Of a DNA stretch of 27,620 nt, positions 8,819-18,633 are shown one piece after another; position 1 is the first letter of the stretch; each line of letters opens with the position of its first letter. The notes below the pieces were generated by a model that did no database searches, was not told the origin of the DNA, and saw only the letters and a program-made list of their open reading frames with translations. The stretch lies in contig JBCBJE010000001.1 in NCBI GenBank assembly GCA_038523735.1, forward strand, positions 1 to 27,620. The letters run 5' to 3'. The stretch is from Cyanobacteria bacterium J06626_18. GTDB lineage: Bacteria > Cyanobacteriota > Cyanobacteriia > Phormidesmidales > Phormidesmidaceae. The position numbers and the translations under genes were made by a program.

Positions 8819-10792
8819 ATGAATCAGTTTGCCCCCTCCGTCTTAAAGACCTTAGAACAACGCGATCGCGCGGGTATCAATGCGATTCGGGACTACAGCC
8901 AGGTGCAGTCACTGCCAGAAATCTGGCCCCTCGCTGCCGATCGATATGGCGACCAGCTGGCGATGGATGATCCCCACAATCATCCCAGTGCTCAGCTCAC
9001 CTACCGCGACCTTTGGGACCGCATTCGCCAATTTGCAGCGGGTTTGCAGAGCCTGGGCCTGTCACCCGAGGGACATGTGGCTTTATTCGCGGACAATAGC
9101 CATCGTTGGTTGATTGTGGACCAAGGCATTATGGCTGCAGGAGGCATTGACGCCGTCCGCAGTGCTCAGGCCGAAACTGAAGAACTTCGCTATATCGCTG
9201 AGCATAGCGAAAGTACAGTGCTCATCTTGCAAGACCTTAAACTCTGGCAGCGCCTAAGGGATCGCATTCAAGGTCTGCCCATTCAGTTTGTGGTGCTCCT
9301 CTCCGACGAAGCGGTGCCAGAAGCGGCTTCGTGGCCTATCCTCAACTACAGTCAAGTACTGGAACGGGGAGAGCAGCAGACCTGGCAACCCGTCCCCGCC
9401 CAACCGGATAGCCTAGCCACCCTGCTCTACACCTCGGGTACGACGGGTAAGCCCAAGGGTGTCATGATTACGCACCGCAATCTGATGCATCAAATCCAGA
9501 CACTGGGGGCCGTGGTGCAGCCTGCCATGGGCGATCGCGTCTTGGGGCTATTACCGACCTGGCATACCTTTGGTCGCACGGCTGAATACTTCCTATACTC
9601 CCAGGGCTGCGTTCAAACCTACACCACCATTCGCAATATCAAGAGCGACTTCAAACAGGTGAAACCGCAGTACATGGTCGGAGTGCCCCGTGTTTGGGAT
9701 TCCATCTATGAAGGGGTGCAAAAGAAGTTTCGCGAGCAGCCTGCCAGCAAGCAGCGATTGGTCAACACGTTGCTGTGGGTGAGTCAGAAATATGTCGAGA
9801 ATCGCCGTACTGCCAATCGCCTCAGCCTTGATCACCCTCATACCAGTGCTCTCAGACGGTTGGGATCGAAGCTCCTAACGTGGGTCTTTCTACCCGGTCA
9901 TCTGTTGGGCGAAAAGATGGTGTATGGCAAGGTTCGCGAAGCAACCGGAGGCGCCGTTAAGCAGCTGATCAGTGGTGGTGGCGCATTGCCACGACACATT
10001 GACCTCTTCTTTGAGATTATCAATGTGCCTATTTTGGTCGGCTACGGCCTCACGGAAACGTCGCCCGTTGTTTCGGCCCGACGCCCTTGGGCCAATCTGC
10101 GTGGTGCCGCCGGCCAACCGATCCCCTACACCGAGTTCAAAATCGTCAATCCCGAGACCGGCGCGCCCTTACCGCTGGGCGAGCGAGGACGAGTCCTCGC
10201 TCGGGGGCCTCAGGTGATGCAGGGCTATTACAAAAATCCCGAAGCGACTCAGAAGGCTATTGACCCTGAGGGTTGGTTTGATACAGGTGATTTGGGCTTG
10301 CTGACCGCTGACAATAATGTTGTTCTGACCGGGCGGGCTAAAGATACTATCGTGCTCTTAAATGGTGAGAATATTGAACCCCAACCGATTGAAGATGCCT
10401 GTATCCGCAGTCCTTACATTGACCAAATCATGCTGGTAGGTCAGGATCAGCGATCGCTGGGTGCCATCATTGTCCCTAACCTAGATGCCTTACAGCTGTG
10501 GGCTCACAACCAGTCTGCTGTACTGGACGTACCGGGCGAAGCCGTTGCCGCAACCGCCAACCAAAAGGTGATGTCCTTAGAGGATGACAGCGTCCGAAAA
10601 CTGTTCCGTGCTGAGCTCAATGAACAAGTACAAGACCGCCCTGGCTATCGCCCGGATGATCGGATCGGACCTTTCCGATTGGTTTTGGAACCCTTTTCCA
10701 TCGAGAACGGCATGATGACGCAAACCTTAAAAATACGCCGTCCCGTCGTACGCGATCGCTATCGCGATATGATCGGTGCGATGTTTGCCTAA
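8819..10792 (+). CDS. aas: Long-chain acyl-ACP/acyl-CoA synthetase (cyanobacterial Aas type)
   Basis: AMP-binding motifs LLYTSGTTGKPKG, GYGLTET, GWFDTGDLG, GRAKDTIVL.NGENIEP; upstream of ylqD and pdhC as recalled for other cyanobacteria. Confidence 0.9.
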   Translation: MNQFAPSVLKTLEQRDRAGINAIRDYSQVQSLPEIWPLAADRYGDQLAMDDPHNHPSAQLTYRDLWDRIRQFAAGLQSLGLSPEGHVALFADNSHRWLIVDQGIMAAGGIDAVRSAQAETEELRYIAEHSESTVLILQDLKLWQRLRDRIQGLPIQFVVLLSDEAVPEAASWPILNYSQVLERGEQQTWQPVPAQPDSLATLLYTSGTTGKPKGVMITHRNLMHQIQTLGAVVQPAMGDRVLGLLPTWHTFGRTAEYFLYSQGCVQTYTTIRNIKSDFKQVKPQYMVGVPRVWDSIYEGVQKKFREQPASKQRLVNTLLWVSQKYVENRRTANRLSLDHPHTSALRRLGSKLLTWVFLPGHLLGEKMVYGKVREATGGAVKQLISGGGALPRHIDLFFEIINVPILVGYGLTETSPVVSARRPWANLRGAAGQPIPYTEFKIVNPETGAPLPLGERGRVLARGPQVMQGYYKNPEATQKAIDPEGWFDTGDLGLLTADNNVVLTGRAKDTIVLLNGENIEPQPIEDACIRSPYIDQIMLVGQDQRSLGAIIVPNLDALQLWAHNQSAVLDVPGEAVAATANQKVMSLEDDSVRKLFRAELNEQVQDRPGYRPDDRIGPFRLVLEPFSIENGMMTQTLKIRRPVVRDRYRDMIGAMFA

Positions 10793-10907
10793 CAGCCACC
10801 ATAATTCTGTAAACTTTCTGACAATTTCAGAATTGGGGCTTGCGAGCGGGTGCATCGGATGACAGTTTATTAGACGTGCACTCAGAAATCCCTACACATT
10901 AAGGTCC

Positions 10908-11351
10908 ATGGAAGGCTCTAAACTCCAGCTCAAACGAAACATTACGATCAAAGCAATTGTGACTCCTCTTTGGAAAGAGGAAGCGCAAAAACAATTGCAG
11001 AATCAGATTAATCAAGCAGACAGTCGCCTTCAACAGCTGGAAGTGCAAGGCCAGCGAGTCATCACAGAAGTTCAACAGAAGGGTGGCAACCCTGAAGACC
11101 CCGCTATCAAGCAGCAGGTCTCCTCAGTTCAAAACAAGCTCAACCAAGACAAGAGCAAACTCCTGCAGCAAAAAAACCAGCTTCTGCAACAACTGCAAAC
11201 CGTTCAAACCCTGGACCTAGATAAAGAAGTAAACCAAGGTCAGATGGAGAGCTTCTTCACCGTCGGTGTCGGCGACAACCTGGTCCAGAAAATGCAGGTG
11301 GAGATCCTGCTGCGGGACGGTGTCGTCGAAGATATCCGAGGCGAACTGTAG
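10908..11351 (+). CDS. YlqD family coiled-coil protein
   Basis: LKRNITIKAIVTPLWKEEAQ, Gln-rich coiled coil, EVNQGQMESFFTV.VGDNL..KMQVEILLRDGVV. Confidence 0.85.
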   Translation: MEGSKLQLKRNITIKAIVTPLWKEEAQKQLQNQINQADSRLQQLEVQGQRVITEVQQKGGNPEDPAIKQQVSSVQNKLNQDKSKLLQQKNQLLQQLQTVQTLDLDKEVNQGQMESFFTVGVGDNLVQKMQVEILLRDGVVEDIRGEL

Positions 11352-11404
11352 AGTCAGCTTTTTAGTCAACACGCTGAAGTATCCCCTAGGTTGCGCATTT
11401 GCGA

Positions 11405-11650
11405 TCTGGGGGATTGGTGTGTTTGGGAAAAGGGAAAAGGGAACCGAGAAAAGTAGTGGGTAAGGAGGAGATGGAGTAGTGGGAACAGGGAAAAGGGAAT
11501 AAGGAGAGCCCGTAAGGACGGGGCATTTGGCCCGTATATTGACCATTCATCAAAACTCTATGCTCCAAATGCCTCGCCCCAGCCCCACCAACCACCGACC
11601 GACGCCATCCAACAACTAAGAACCAAGAACGATGAACCGAGAACCCACCC
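11405..11650. repeat. Heptameric STRR-like arrays between ylqD and pdhC
   Basis: GGGAAAA GGGAAAA GGGAACC GAGAAAA...GGGAACA GGGAAAA GGGAATA; small hairpin CCCGT-AAGG-ACGGG near 11509-11522; then C/A-rich units CCAACAA CTAAGAA CCAAGAA CGATGAA CCGAGAA. Confidence 0.7.
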
Positions 11651-11769
11651 CCTTGCCAAATTTGCAGCAGACAGAACACGAGATAGGCATCGCAACGCGA
11701 TAAAATTATGGACTGTTGCGTGGATTGTTCTGCGCTGTAGTTGACTGTCGTTTTGGAAGCAGACCTTTC

Positions 11770-13083
11770 ATGATTCGCGAAGTTTTCATGCCCGCCCTGA
11801 GTTCAACCATGACGGAAGGCAAGATTGTCTCTTGGGTGAAAGCAGCGGGGGACAAGATAGAAAAAGGCGAAACCGTCGTGATTGTTGAATCGGACAAGGC
11901 AGACATGGATGTGGAATCCTTTTATGAAGGGTATCTGGCAGCCATTGTAGTTGAGGCCGGTGATGTCGCAGCAGTGGGTAACGCGATCGCCCTTTTGGCC
12001 GAAACGGAAGCTGAGATTGAACAGGCCAAGGCCAAAGCTGCTGAGCTGGGGGGCGGGTCAGCAGCTTCTGCCACTCCGGCAGCACCCACTCCGGCAGCAC
12101 CCACCGCGCCCGAACCAGCAGCAGCCAGCGCCGGACCGTCCCAAAATGGCAGCACCGCTCGCAGCGGCAGGACTGTGGTTTCGCCACGGGCACGTAAGCT
12201 CGCCAAAGATCTAAAAGTGGACCTAGCTGGGGTGCAAGGCAGTGGCCCGCATGGGCGTATTGTGGCTCAAGATGTGGAACTCGCTGCTGGTAAAACGCCA
12301 ACGCCAACGGCTCTGCCGGCAATTACTGCACCTGCAGCACCGGCCCCGGTTCCGACTGCAGCTCCCAGCCCTGTTACTGCGCCTGCACCCGCCCCGGCTC
12401 CGGCTGCGCCCGGCCAACTGGTGCCTTTCAACACGCTGCAGCAGGCGGTCGTACGCAATATGGTGGCGAGCTTGACCGTCCCTACGTTTCGAGTCGGCTA
12501 CACCATCACAACAGATGCGCTCGATGCGCTGTATAGACAAATTAAATCCAAGGGCGTAACGATGACGGCGCTCCTTGCCAAAGCTGTGGCTGTTACGCTG
12601 ACGAAACATCCCCTACTCAATGCCAGCTATAGCGAGCAGGGCATTCAGTACAGCAGCAGTATCAACGTCTCGGTAGCCGTTGCGATGGATGGCGGTGGCC
12701 TGATCACGCCTGTACTGCGAGGGGCCGATCAAATGGATATTTATTCGCTTTCGCGGACCTGGAAGGACTTAGTAGCGCGATCGCGCAGCAAGCAACTGCA
12801 GCCTGATGAATACTCTGCCGGCACTTTCACGCTGTCAAACCTGGGCATGTTTGGGGTGGACAAGTTTGACGCCATTCTGCCGCCCGGACAAGGTTCCATT
12901 TTGGCGATTGGTGGGGCGCAGCCCACAGTTGTCGCTACCCCCGATGGCATGATGGGCATCAAGCGTCAGATGCAGGTCAACATCACCTGTGACCACCGCA
13001 TCATTTATGGGGCTGACGCCGCGGCGTTCTTACGCGATTTGGCGCAACTGATTGAAAACGAGCCGCAATCGCTGACGCTTTAA
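11770..13083 (+). CDS. pdhC: Pyruvate dehydrogenase E2, dihydrolipoamide acetyltransferase
   Basis: Lipoyl domain (MPALSSTMTEG...VESDKADMDV), Ala/Pro linkers, E3-binding domain (SPRARKLA...GSGPHGRI), catalytic CDHRIIYGADAA. Start MIREVF at 11770. Confidence 0.97.
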   Translation: MIREVFMPALSSTMTEGKIVSWVKAAGDKIEKGETVVIVESDKADMDVESFYEGYLAAIVVEAGDVAAVGNAIALLAETEAEIEQAKAKAAELGGGSAASATPAAPTPAAPTAPEPAAASAGPSQNGSTARSGRTVVSPRARKLAKDLKVDLAGVQGSGPHGRIVAQDVELAAGKTPTPTALPAITAPAAPAPVPTAAPSPVTAPAPAPAPAAPGQLVPFNTLQQAVVRNMVASLTVPTFRVGYTITTDALDALYRQIKSKGVTMTALLAKAVAVTLTKHPLLNASYSEQGIQYSSSINVSVAVAMDGGGLITPVLRGADQMDIYSLSRTWKDLVARSRSKQLQPDEYSAGTFTLSNLGMFGVDKFDAILPPGQGSILAIGGAQPTVVATPDGMMGIKRQMQVNITCDHRIIYGADAAAFLRDLAQLIENEPQSLTL

Positions 13084-13202
13084 GGGTGAAAGGGAGAAGG
13101 GAAAAAGGGTAATGGGTAGTGGGTAATCGGATTCCTGCTTTTTACTGAACTCTTTACCCCCTACTCTCCCCCTCTTGCTGTTCCCTATTCCCCGTTCCCT
13201 AC
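13084..13202. repeat. G-rich then C-rich heptamer array between convergent pdhC and cupB
   Basis: GGGAGAA GGGAAAA...GGTAATG GGTAGTG GGTAATC, followed by TTTACCCCCTACTCTCCCCC...GTTCCCTATTCCCCGTTCCCTACTC. Confidence 0.65.
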
Positions 13203-14354
13203 TCAGCGATCCGGAAGCTGCACGATCGCTAACCGAGACGTCATAAGCCGATCCATCCAGGAAGCCAGGAACGCCTGGTTGGCGGCCTGCTCCTGTGGGT
13301 CGGTCGTATCACGATCGTGGGGTAGCAGACCTTGGAGGGCTGCCGACGTGACACAGAACATGGACTTCTGGAAACTTTGAGTGATCTGAACATGGAGATC
13401 ATCATCGCCACGAACACCATGGCGGTAGTAGTCAGCCAAGTAATCCGGCAGGAAGTGACGCATATCTTGCATCAACAGGGTTGGGGGAATACCTGCACCC
13501 CCAACCGGTAACGGATCCGCATAAAGCGCTCCGTAGGCAAAGCGTTCTTGCTCGGGGGGAATTTGCTGTGCCTGAGCATTGTAGGAAACCGTACCTGGGA
13601 AAGGTGTTCCCCGAAAAAAGATTGCTTCTACATAAGGTACGGCGGTATCCATCAGAAAAGTGAGCCCAGCCGATTTGGGTAGTAGGTCGTATTGCGTACC
13701 CGCGATCGCTACACTGTAGGTGATGGGATTCCCCGCTGCTGCCACCAAACCAACTTTGATGTGAGCCACGACCTCGGGAATAGACTGAATTTTGCCCTCA
13801 TCGTACAGGTCAGACAGCGTTAGAAAGATTTCGCTCATCACCGTCCAAAACTGTCCTAAGCCGCTGTAGTAGGCTAGCTGGCGTACTTGCTCCTGGAGGA
13901 ACTCAGGAAACAAGCGATGCAGTGCCTGCATGAAAGGGTTGCTCTTGATTTTGGCTCGAATCGCCGCTTCACAGAGTTGCTCAAATTCCGCCGTATCGAG
14001 GTAAGCATCGAGGCCCCCACCGCCATGCCACATCATGCCGCGCATACAGTACTCGGCGTACTCGTAGTTGATGCGATCGTGCCACCAGTGCTGCAGAAGC
14101 TTACTGAAAGTGAGCTCCCCGTTGAAATATTTGAAAAAGGGAAAAAGGACTAGAAACTGATGATCAGCGATGTAAATCAGATTCTTGGCGTAGGCATCCA
14201 ACACAACACCATAGCTCTTCAGAATACCCACCACTTCTAGCAGATTAGTGTCTGTATCTGGCAACAGCGCCTCAGCCCGCAACAAGCGATCAATGTAGAT
14301 CTGCAGGGGGTGCTCCTTGGGGGCAGACGGAGTTTGGGTGAGGGTGTAGGTCAT
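13203..14354 (-). CDS. cupB: CO2 hydration protein CupB (ChpX) of NDH-1_4
   Basis: LLEVVGILKSYGVVLDAY..NL.YIA..QFL, HDRINYEYAEYCMRGM.WHGGGGLD, FFRGTPFPGTVSYNAQA; 383 aa (CupB-sized); ATGA overlap with ndhD4. Confidence 0.93.
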   Translation of the reverse strand: MTYTLTQTPSAPKEHPLQIYIDRLLRAEALLPDTDTNLLEVVGILKSYGVVLDAYAKNLIYIADHQFLVLFPFFKYFNGELTFSKLLQHWWHDRINYEYAEYCMRGMMWHGGGGLDAYLDTAEFEQLCEAAIRAKIKSNPFMQALHRLFPEFLQEQVRQLAYYSGLGQFWTVMSEIFLTLSDLYDEGKIQSIPEVVAHIKVGLVAAAGNPITYSVAIAGTQYDLLPKSAGLTFLMDTAVPYVEAIFFRGTPFPGTVSYNAQAQQIPPEQERFAYGALYADPLPVGGAGIPPTLLMQDMRHFLPDYLADYYRHGVRGDDDLHVQITQSFQKSMFCVTSAALQGLLPHDRDTTDPQEQAANQAFLASWMDRLMTSRLAIVQLPDR

Positions 14355-15898
14355 AGGACAGAATTCGGCTTGACCGAAACAGGAGGGAACTGCAAAGCAG
14401 GAACTTGAGCAACTTCTGTAGTGGACGATCGCATCGCAATCGTGGTGGCCTCACTCAGCCGCGACAGCCAACTTGGCTGCAGCCCGAGCACAACAATGAC
14501 GACAGATAGCACGAGAGCAGGTATGCGATCGCGCCATTCAACTGGAGGCAGCATCACATCGGGCGCTGCCGTGTCACTGGGCAGGGTTACAGCTAGCCGA
14601 CCGAAGAAAGCACGGTTCATCAGCAACAAGAAATACACCGCCGTCAGCCCCGACCCCACCATGCACAGCAGTGTCTGGACGGGAAACACCGCGAAGCCAC
14701 CCCGGAAAACCACAAATTCGGAAATGAAGCCTACCATACCTGGCGTTCCAGCACTCGCCATCACACCTAAAATCATCAGGCTACCGATGATCGGGAACCC
14801 CCGCTCCGGATTCAGCAAGCCCCGTAAAACCTGTAGGTCACGCGTGCCTGTCTTGGCGTAGACCACACCTACTAGCAAAAACAGCAACCCTGAGATGAGA
14901 CCATGGCTGACCATTTGCATGATGGTACCGAGTACGGCCAACGGTGTGGCGGCAGCGGTCGCTAATAAGATGTAGCCCATGTGGCCGATGGAGCTGTAGG
15001 CCACCATTTTCTTCATATCCTGTTGAGCGATCGCCGCTAGCGAACCGTATAAAACGCTCACTACTGCCCAGCAAGCTAGCCACGGTGCCAGTGCCGACCA
15101 GGCATCGGGGAAAAGCTGCAGCCCAAACCTTACCAACCCGTAGGTTCCTAGCTTCAAAAGGACTCCAGCCAGTAAGACCGACACCGGCGTAGAGGCTTCG
15201 ACGTGAGCATCTGGGAGCCAGGTATGAAAGGGAAATAACGGTATCTTGATGCCGAACCCCACCAAAATAGCCCCTAACAGAATGCCCTGCTGGAGCAGCG
15301 TCAAGGATTGCGCCAGGGTTGGGTCGTAGTTGAACGTACTGGCATTCCCCAACCAGGCTAGCCCTAAGAAGCCACCTAAAATGAGCGCTCCTGATAGAGA
15401 GGTGTAAATCAAAAACTTGGTTGCTGCATAGCCACGCCGCGCACCGCCCCAAATCGCAATAAGTAGATAAAGGGGAATCAGCTCCAGCTCGTAAAAAATG
15501 AAGAACAAGAGAAAGTTTTGGGACAAGAACGCCCCAGCGACAGCGGCATTGATGAGCAGCACCAGACTGTAGTAGAGGCGTACACGCTTGATAGCTGCAG
15601 GGCTAGCGTAGACCGCTATCAGTCCCAGAAGGCTGTTGATGATGAGCAGAGGGAGGGCTAAACCATCTAGGCCCAGGCGGTAGGTGAGCCCTAAGGCATC
15701 AATCCAAGGCAGGGATTCGACAAACTGCAGCCCCGGTTGTTGGGTGTCAAATTGAGCCGTCAGAACCAGCGACCACAGCAGCGAAAGTCCCTGAATGACT
15801 AAGGCAAGTTGCCAAACCTGTTGGCCTGACCAGCGTCGAGGCCAGAGACTTGTGAATAAAGCGCCCACTAGGGGGATAAGGATTAAAGCACTCAGCAT
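14351..15898 (-). CDS. ndhD4: NDH-1 subunit NdhD4
   Basis: NuoM/ND4-type membrane protein (FYELELIPLY, KIPLFPFHTWLPDAHVEASTP, LLKLGTYGL, KKMVAYSSIGHMG); lies between ndhF4 and cupB. Confidence 0.92.
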   Translation of the reverse strand: MLSALILIPLVGALFTSLWPRRWSGQQVWQLALVIQGLSLLWSLVLTAQFDTQQPGLQFVESLPWIDALGLTYRLGLDGLALPLLIINSLLGLIAVYASPAAIKRVRLYYSLVLLINAAVAGAFLSQNFLLFFIFYELELIPLYLLIAIWGGARRGYAATKFLIYTSLSGALILGGFLGLAWLGNASTFNYDPTLAQSLTLLQQGILLGAILVGFGIKIPLFPFHTWLPDAHVEASTPVSVLLAGVLLKLGTYGLVRFGLQLFPDAWSALAPWLACWAVVSVLYGSLAAIAQQDMKKMVAYSSIGHMGYILLATAAATPLAVLGTIMQMVSHGLISGLLFLLVGVVYAKTGTRDLQVLRGLLNPERGFPIIGSLMILGVMASAGTPGMVGFISEFVVFRGGFAVFPVQTLLCMVGSGLTAVYFLLLMNRAFFGRLAVTLPSDTAAPDVMLPPVEWRDRIPALVLSVVIVVLGLQPSWLSRLSEATTIAMRSSTTEVAQVPALQFPPVSVKPNSVL

Positions 15899-15910
15899 GA
15901 TGCTACGGCG

Positions 15911-17749
15911 TCACCAGATTGTCCACGTCATCAAAAGTCCCAACAGGCTGACCCCTATCACAATGGTCAGAAGATAGCCCTGCGATCGCCCAGAGATACT
16001 GTATTTCAGGCTTTCCCCGCCCATTAGAGAAGCTAAGCCGACGCTGTTCACCAAGCCATCAACGATGTAGCGGTCGAACCAGCTACTGGCAAGCGACAGC
16101 TTGGCAACGACCCAGACAACGGTGAAGCGATACAACTTTTCGGTGTAGAAGTCGTAGGCTAACAGATCCTGCAAGATCCTGACCGGACGCTGCAGCGAAC
16201 GAGTCAGCGTTTTGCTAAGCGGCATAAAAGCCCCAATGCCGACGCCAACCAAACCCGATGCCACTAGAACCGCTAGCGCCGTTGTGTTGATGTACGTCCA
16301 GGGAGGCAGCAAGTACAGTCGCTGCATCATCGCTGGCACTAAAAGCGTGAAGACGGATAGCATCACCATTGGCACCGCCATGGGCCAAGGTACTTCGGGT
16401 GCTCGGCGCGTCTTTTGCTGGGGCGGGCCCAAAAATATCAAACGAAACACCCGCGTCAGATTAAGGGCTGTCAGCGTGTTGACGAGGAGAAAGATAAAAA
16501 CTAGAGTGGGGCGATCGCTCCAAAGAAAGTCAATGCCCATGCGATAGCCCCAAAAGCAGCCCAGGGGTAATAGACCCACCATGCCCAGCGCCCCCACTGC
16601 ATAGGCAAGGGCTGTAGCCGGCATCTTCTTGCCCAAGCCACCGAGCTCAGTTACATCCTGGCAGTTGGTGGTCAGAATAATGCCGCCCAGGCTCATAAAT
16701 ATCAGGGCCTTAGCTACCGCATGCGTCAACAGAATCATCAACGCCACGCCCGGCCATTCTGTGCCCACAGCAATGAAGACCAATCCCAAATAGGCACTAG
16801 TTGAGTAGGAACAGGTTCGCTTGATGTCAATTTGGGCGAGTGCGACCAAGGAAGCCCCAACTGCCGTAATGGTTCCAATCGCGACCAAGACCGAGAGCGT
16901 AACGGGGGATAAAACGAAGATGGGCTGCAGGCGGATCAAAATGTAAGCGCCGCATGTTACAACGGCAGAATTCCGCAGAATGGAGGCAGGATTGGGGCCC
17001 TCCATCGCTTCATCCAACCACAGGTGCAGGGGGAACTGAGCGCACTTGCCGGTTGGACCCGCAATGAGAGCCAACCCTAGCAAAGTGGCTGCCCAGGGGG
17101 CCAAATCAGCCACCTTGACCCACTCATACAATTCGTTAAATCTGAGGGTTCCAGCCAAAGTTGATAGCGCAATCACGCCCATCAGCAGCAGCAAGTCACC
17201 AATACGCTTGGTCAGAAAAGCATCCCGTGCGGCTGTCACCACCAAGGGCTGAGCATACCAGAAGCCGACAACCAGATAAGTTGAGAGGGTCAGTACCTCC
17301 AGCAGAGAGTAGGCCAAGAATAGAGAACTACTGAGCACTACACCGCTCATCGCTGCCTCAAAAAAGCCCATCAGCCCATAGAATCGGGCCAAGGCCCAAT
17401 CCTTCTCCATATAGCCGAGGGCATAGATTTGAGCCAACAGGCTCAATCCAGTGATCAGATTCACGGCCCCAAGATTCAGCACCGAAAGTTCTAGCGACAC
17501 GTGCAGATCGAGATCCGCCACCTGAAACCATGTGAACCCTAGCTCTTGGGATCCCTGGTTCCAAATTCCTCCGAACGCAAGACTGCCATGCAGAAAGGCA
17601 GCAGCTGTCATGAGGATATTGATGTAGGCTGCGGGCCGAGGGCCTGTCTTCCGGATGAGTCCTACTGACCAGGGCACAGAAGCGATCGCACCAATCAGTC
17701 CGTATACCGGAATCAGCCAACCCGTTTGCACTAAAAACTGTGTCATCAC
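15911..17749 (-). CDS. ndhF4: NDH-1 subunit NdhF4
   Basis: NuoL/ND5-type (GYMEKDWALARF, ARDAFLTKRIGD, GKCAQFPLHLWLDEAMEGPNPASILRNS); first gene of the operon ending in cupB. GTG 17749 or ATG 17746 start. Confidence 0.92.
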   Translation of the reverse strand: MMTQFLVQTGWLIPVYGLIGAIASVPWSVGLIRKTGPRPAAYINILMTAAAFLHGSLAFGGIWNQGSQELGFTWFQVADLDLHVSLELSVLNLGAVNLITGLSLLAQIYALGYMEKDWALARFYGLMGFFEAAMSGVVLSSSLFLAYSLLEVLTLSTYLVVGFWYAQPLVVTAARDAFLTKRIGDLLLLMGVIALSTLAGTLRFNELYEWVKVADLAPWAATLLGLALIAGPTGKCAQFPLHLWLDEAMEGPNPASILRNSAVVTCGAYILIRLQPIFVLSPVTLSVLVAIGTITAVGASLVALAQIDIKRTCSYSTSAYLGLVFIAVGTEWPGVALMILLTHAVAKALIFMSLGGIILTTNCQDVTELGGLGKKMPATALAYAVGALGMVGLLPLGCFWGYRMGIDFLWSDRPTLVFIFLLVNTLTALNLTRVFRLIFLGPPQQKTRRAPEVPWPMAVPMVMLSVFTLLVPAMMQRLYLLPPWTYINTTALAVLVASGLVGVGIGAFMPLSKTLTRSLQRPVRILQDLLAYDFYTEKLYRFTVVWVVAKLSLASSWFDRYIVDGLVNSVGLASLMGGESLKYSISGRSQGYLLTIVIGVSLLGLLMTWTIW

Positions 17750-18074
17750 CTACCAACTTTTTGCGGCACCGTCCTTCAGCCAACCAATGTCAAGGGAAAG
17801 CCCTCCACCTCATCGCCTCCCTAGCAGTCGCCTCTTTAAAGCTTTCTTAAAGCGTCTACATAATCGTAAAACACTTTCCTCATAAGCCAGAACAAGGTTG
17901 GGTAATGGGCCACAAGTACCTTGTAGTCCTGCAAACAAGCACCCGATATCCGTTGAACCAGCTACCCAATTCCTGATTCCTCCTTGCATCTATCACATTA
18001 AATCATTCTTGTCGCTCGTTAATATAGATTTCTATCAATAGTCAATCCTATGTATTGGGGTGAGTGACAGTGTC

Positions 18075-18350
18075 AGGAGGCTTGGTTCTTGGTTCTTGGT
18101 TCTTGGTTGATAGCTGGTAATGGGTAATCGGTAATCGGCAATTAGTTCTTCGTTCTTTGTTCTTAACGATTGCCTGTTTCCCTATCTACGCTTCAAAACG
18201 GTGGGCATTGAAGTTTAGTGAGGTACTACTGATAGGCTCTCCGACACATCCAATTCCCACCCTACGGCTTTCCCCTTTCTAATCACCCTCTACTCTCTAC
18301 CCCATCCCCCGTCACTCCCTATCCCCCATCGCTCCACTCCCTCTTAACTC
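18075..18350. repeat. Heptameric STRR-like arrays in the ndhF4/ccmK2 divergent promoter region
   Basis: (GGTTCTT)x3 at 18084-18104; GGTAATG GGTAATC GGTAATC GGCAATT AGTTCTT CGTTCTT TGTTCTT at 18116-18164; C-rich block at about 18270-18350. Confidence 0.8.
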
Positions 18351-18421
18351 TTTTGGCGAGCTGACTGAGCGATCGCTCTCACATAATTGAAGAAGCGCTA
18401 CACGATACTGCGTTTTATTTC

Positions 18422-18448
18422 ATTAGCCAGCGTAATACTTAACATTAG
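18422..18448 (+). promoter_or_regulatory. Candidate LysR-type (RbcR/CbbR-like) operator upstream of ccmK2
   Basis: ATTAG-N5-GTAAT at 18422-18436, one mismatch to the recalled RbcR consensus ATTA(G/A)-N5-(C/T)TAAT; a second ATTAG starts 22 bp later. Confidence 0.45.
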
Positions 18449-18633
18449 AGACAATCATTGCGGCTTATATTGCCAAGGTCGCACTCGACTCATATGCTTG
18501 GTTTACATGGAGTTTGAGTGGGCTATTGCCGTATTGTTTTTGACAAAACGGGTGACTTTAAAGATTCACTTATCTTTAAAGTCAAATTCCGATTGGGGTA
18601 GCTCACACGGCATTTTAGAGGGAGATTACGACA

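Noticed and set aside
10803-10834. AATTCTG...CAGAATT inverted repeat after aas as a terminator
   Set aside because: AT-rich 7-bp stem, 18-nt loop and no U-tract; too weak to call.
18024-18051. Calling this a bona fide NdhR site
   Set aside because: Spacers are N4 and N6, not the recalled N8.
18075-18350. Tandem repeats as a CRISPR array
   Set aside because: Units are 7 nt and degenerate, with no 23-47 nt repeats, unique spacers or cas genes.
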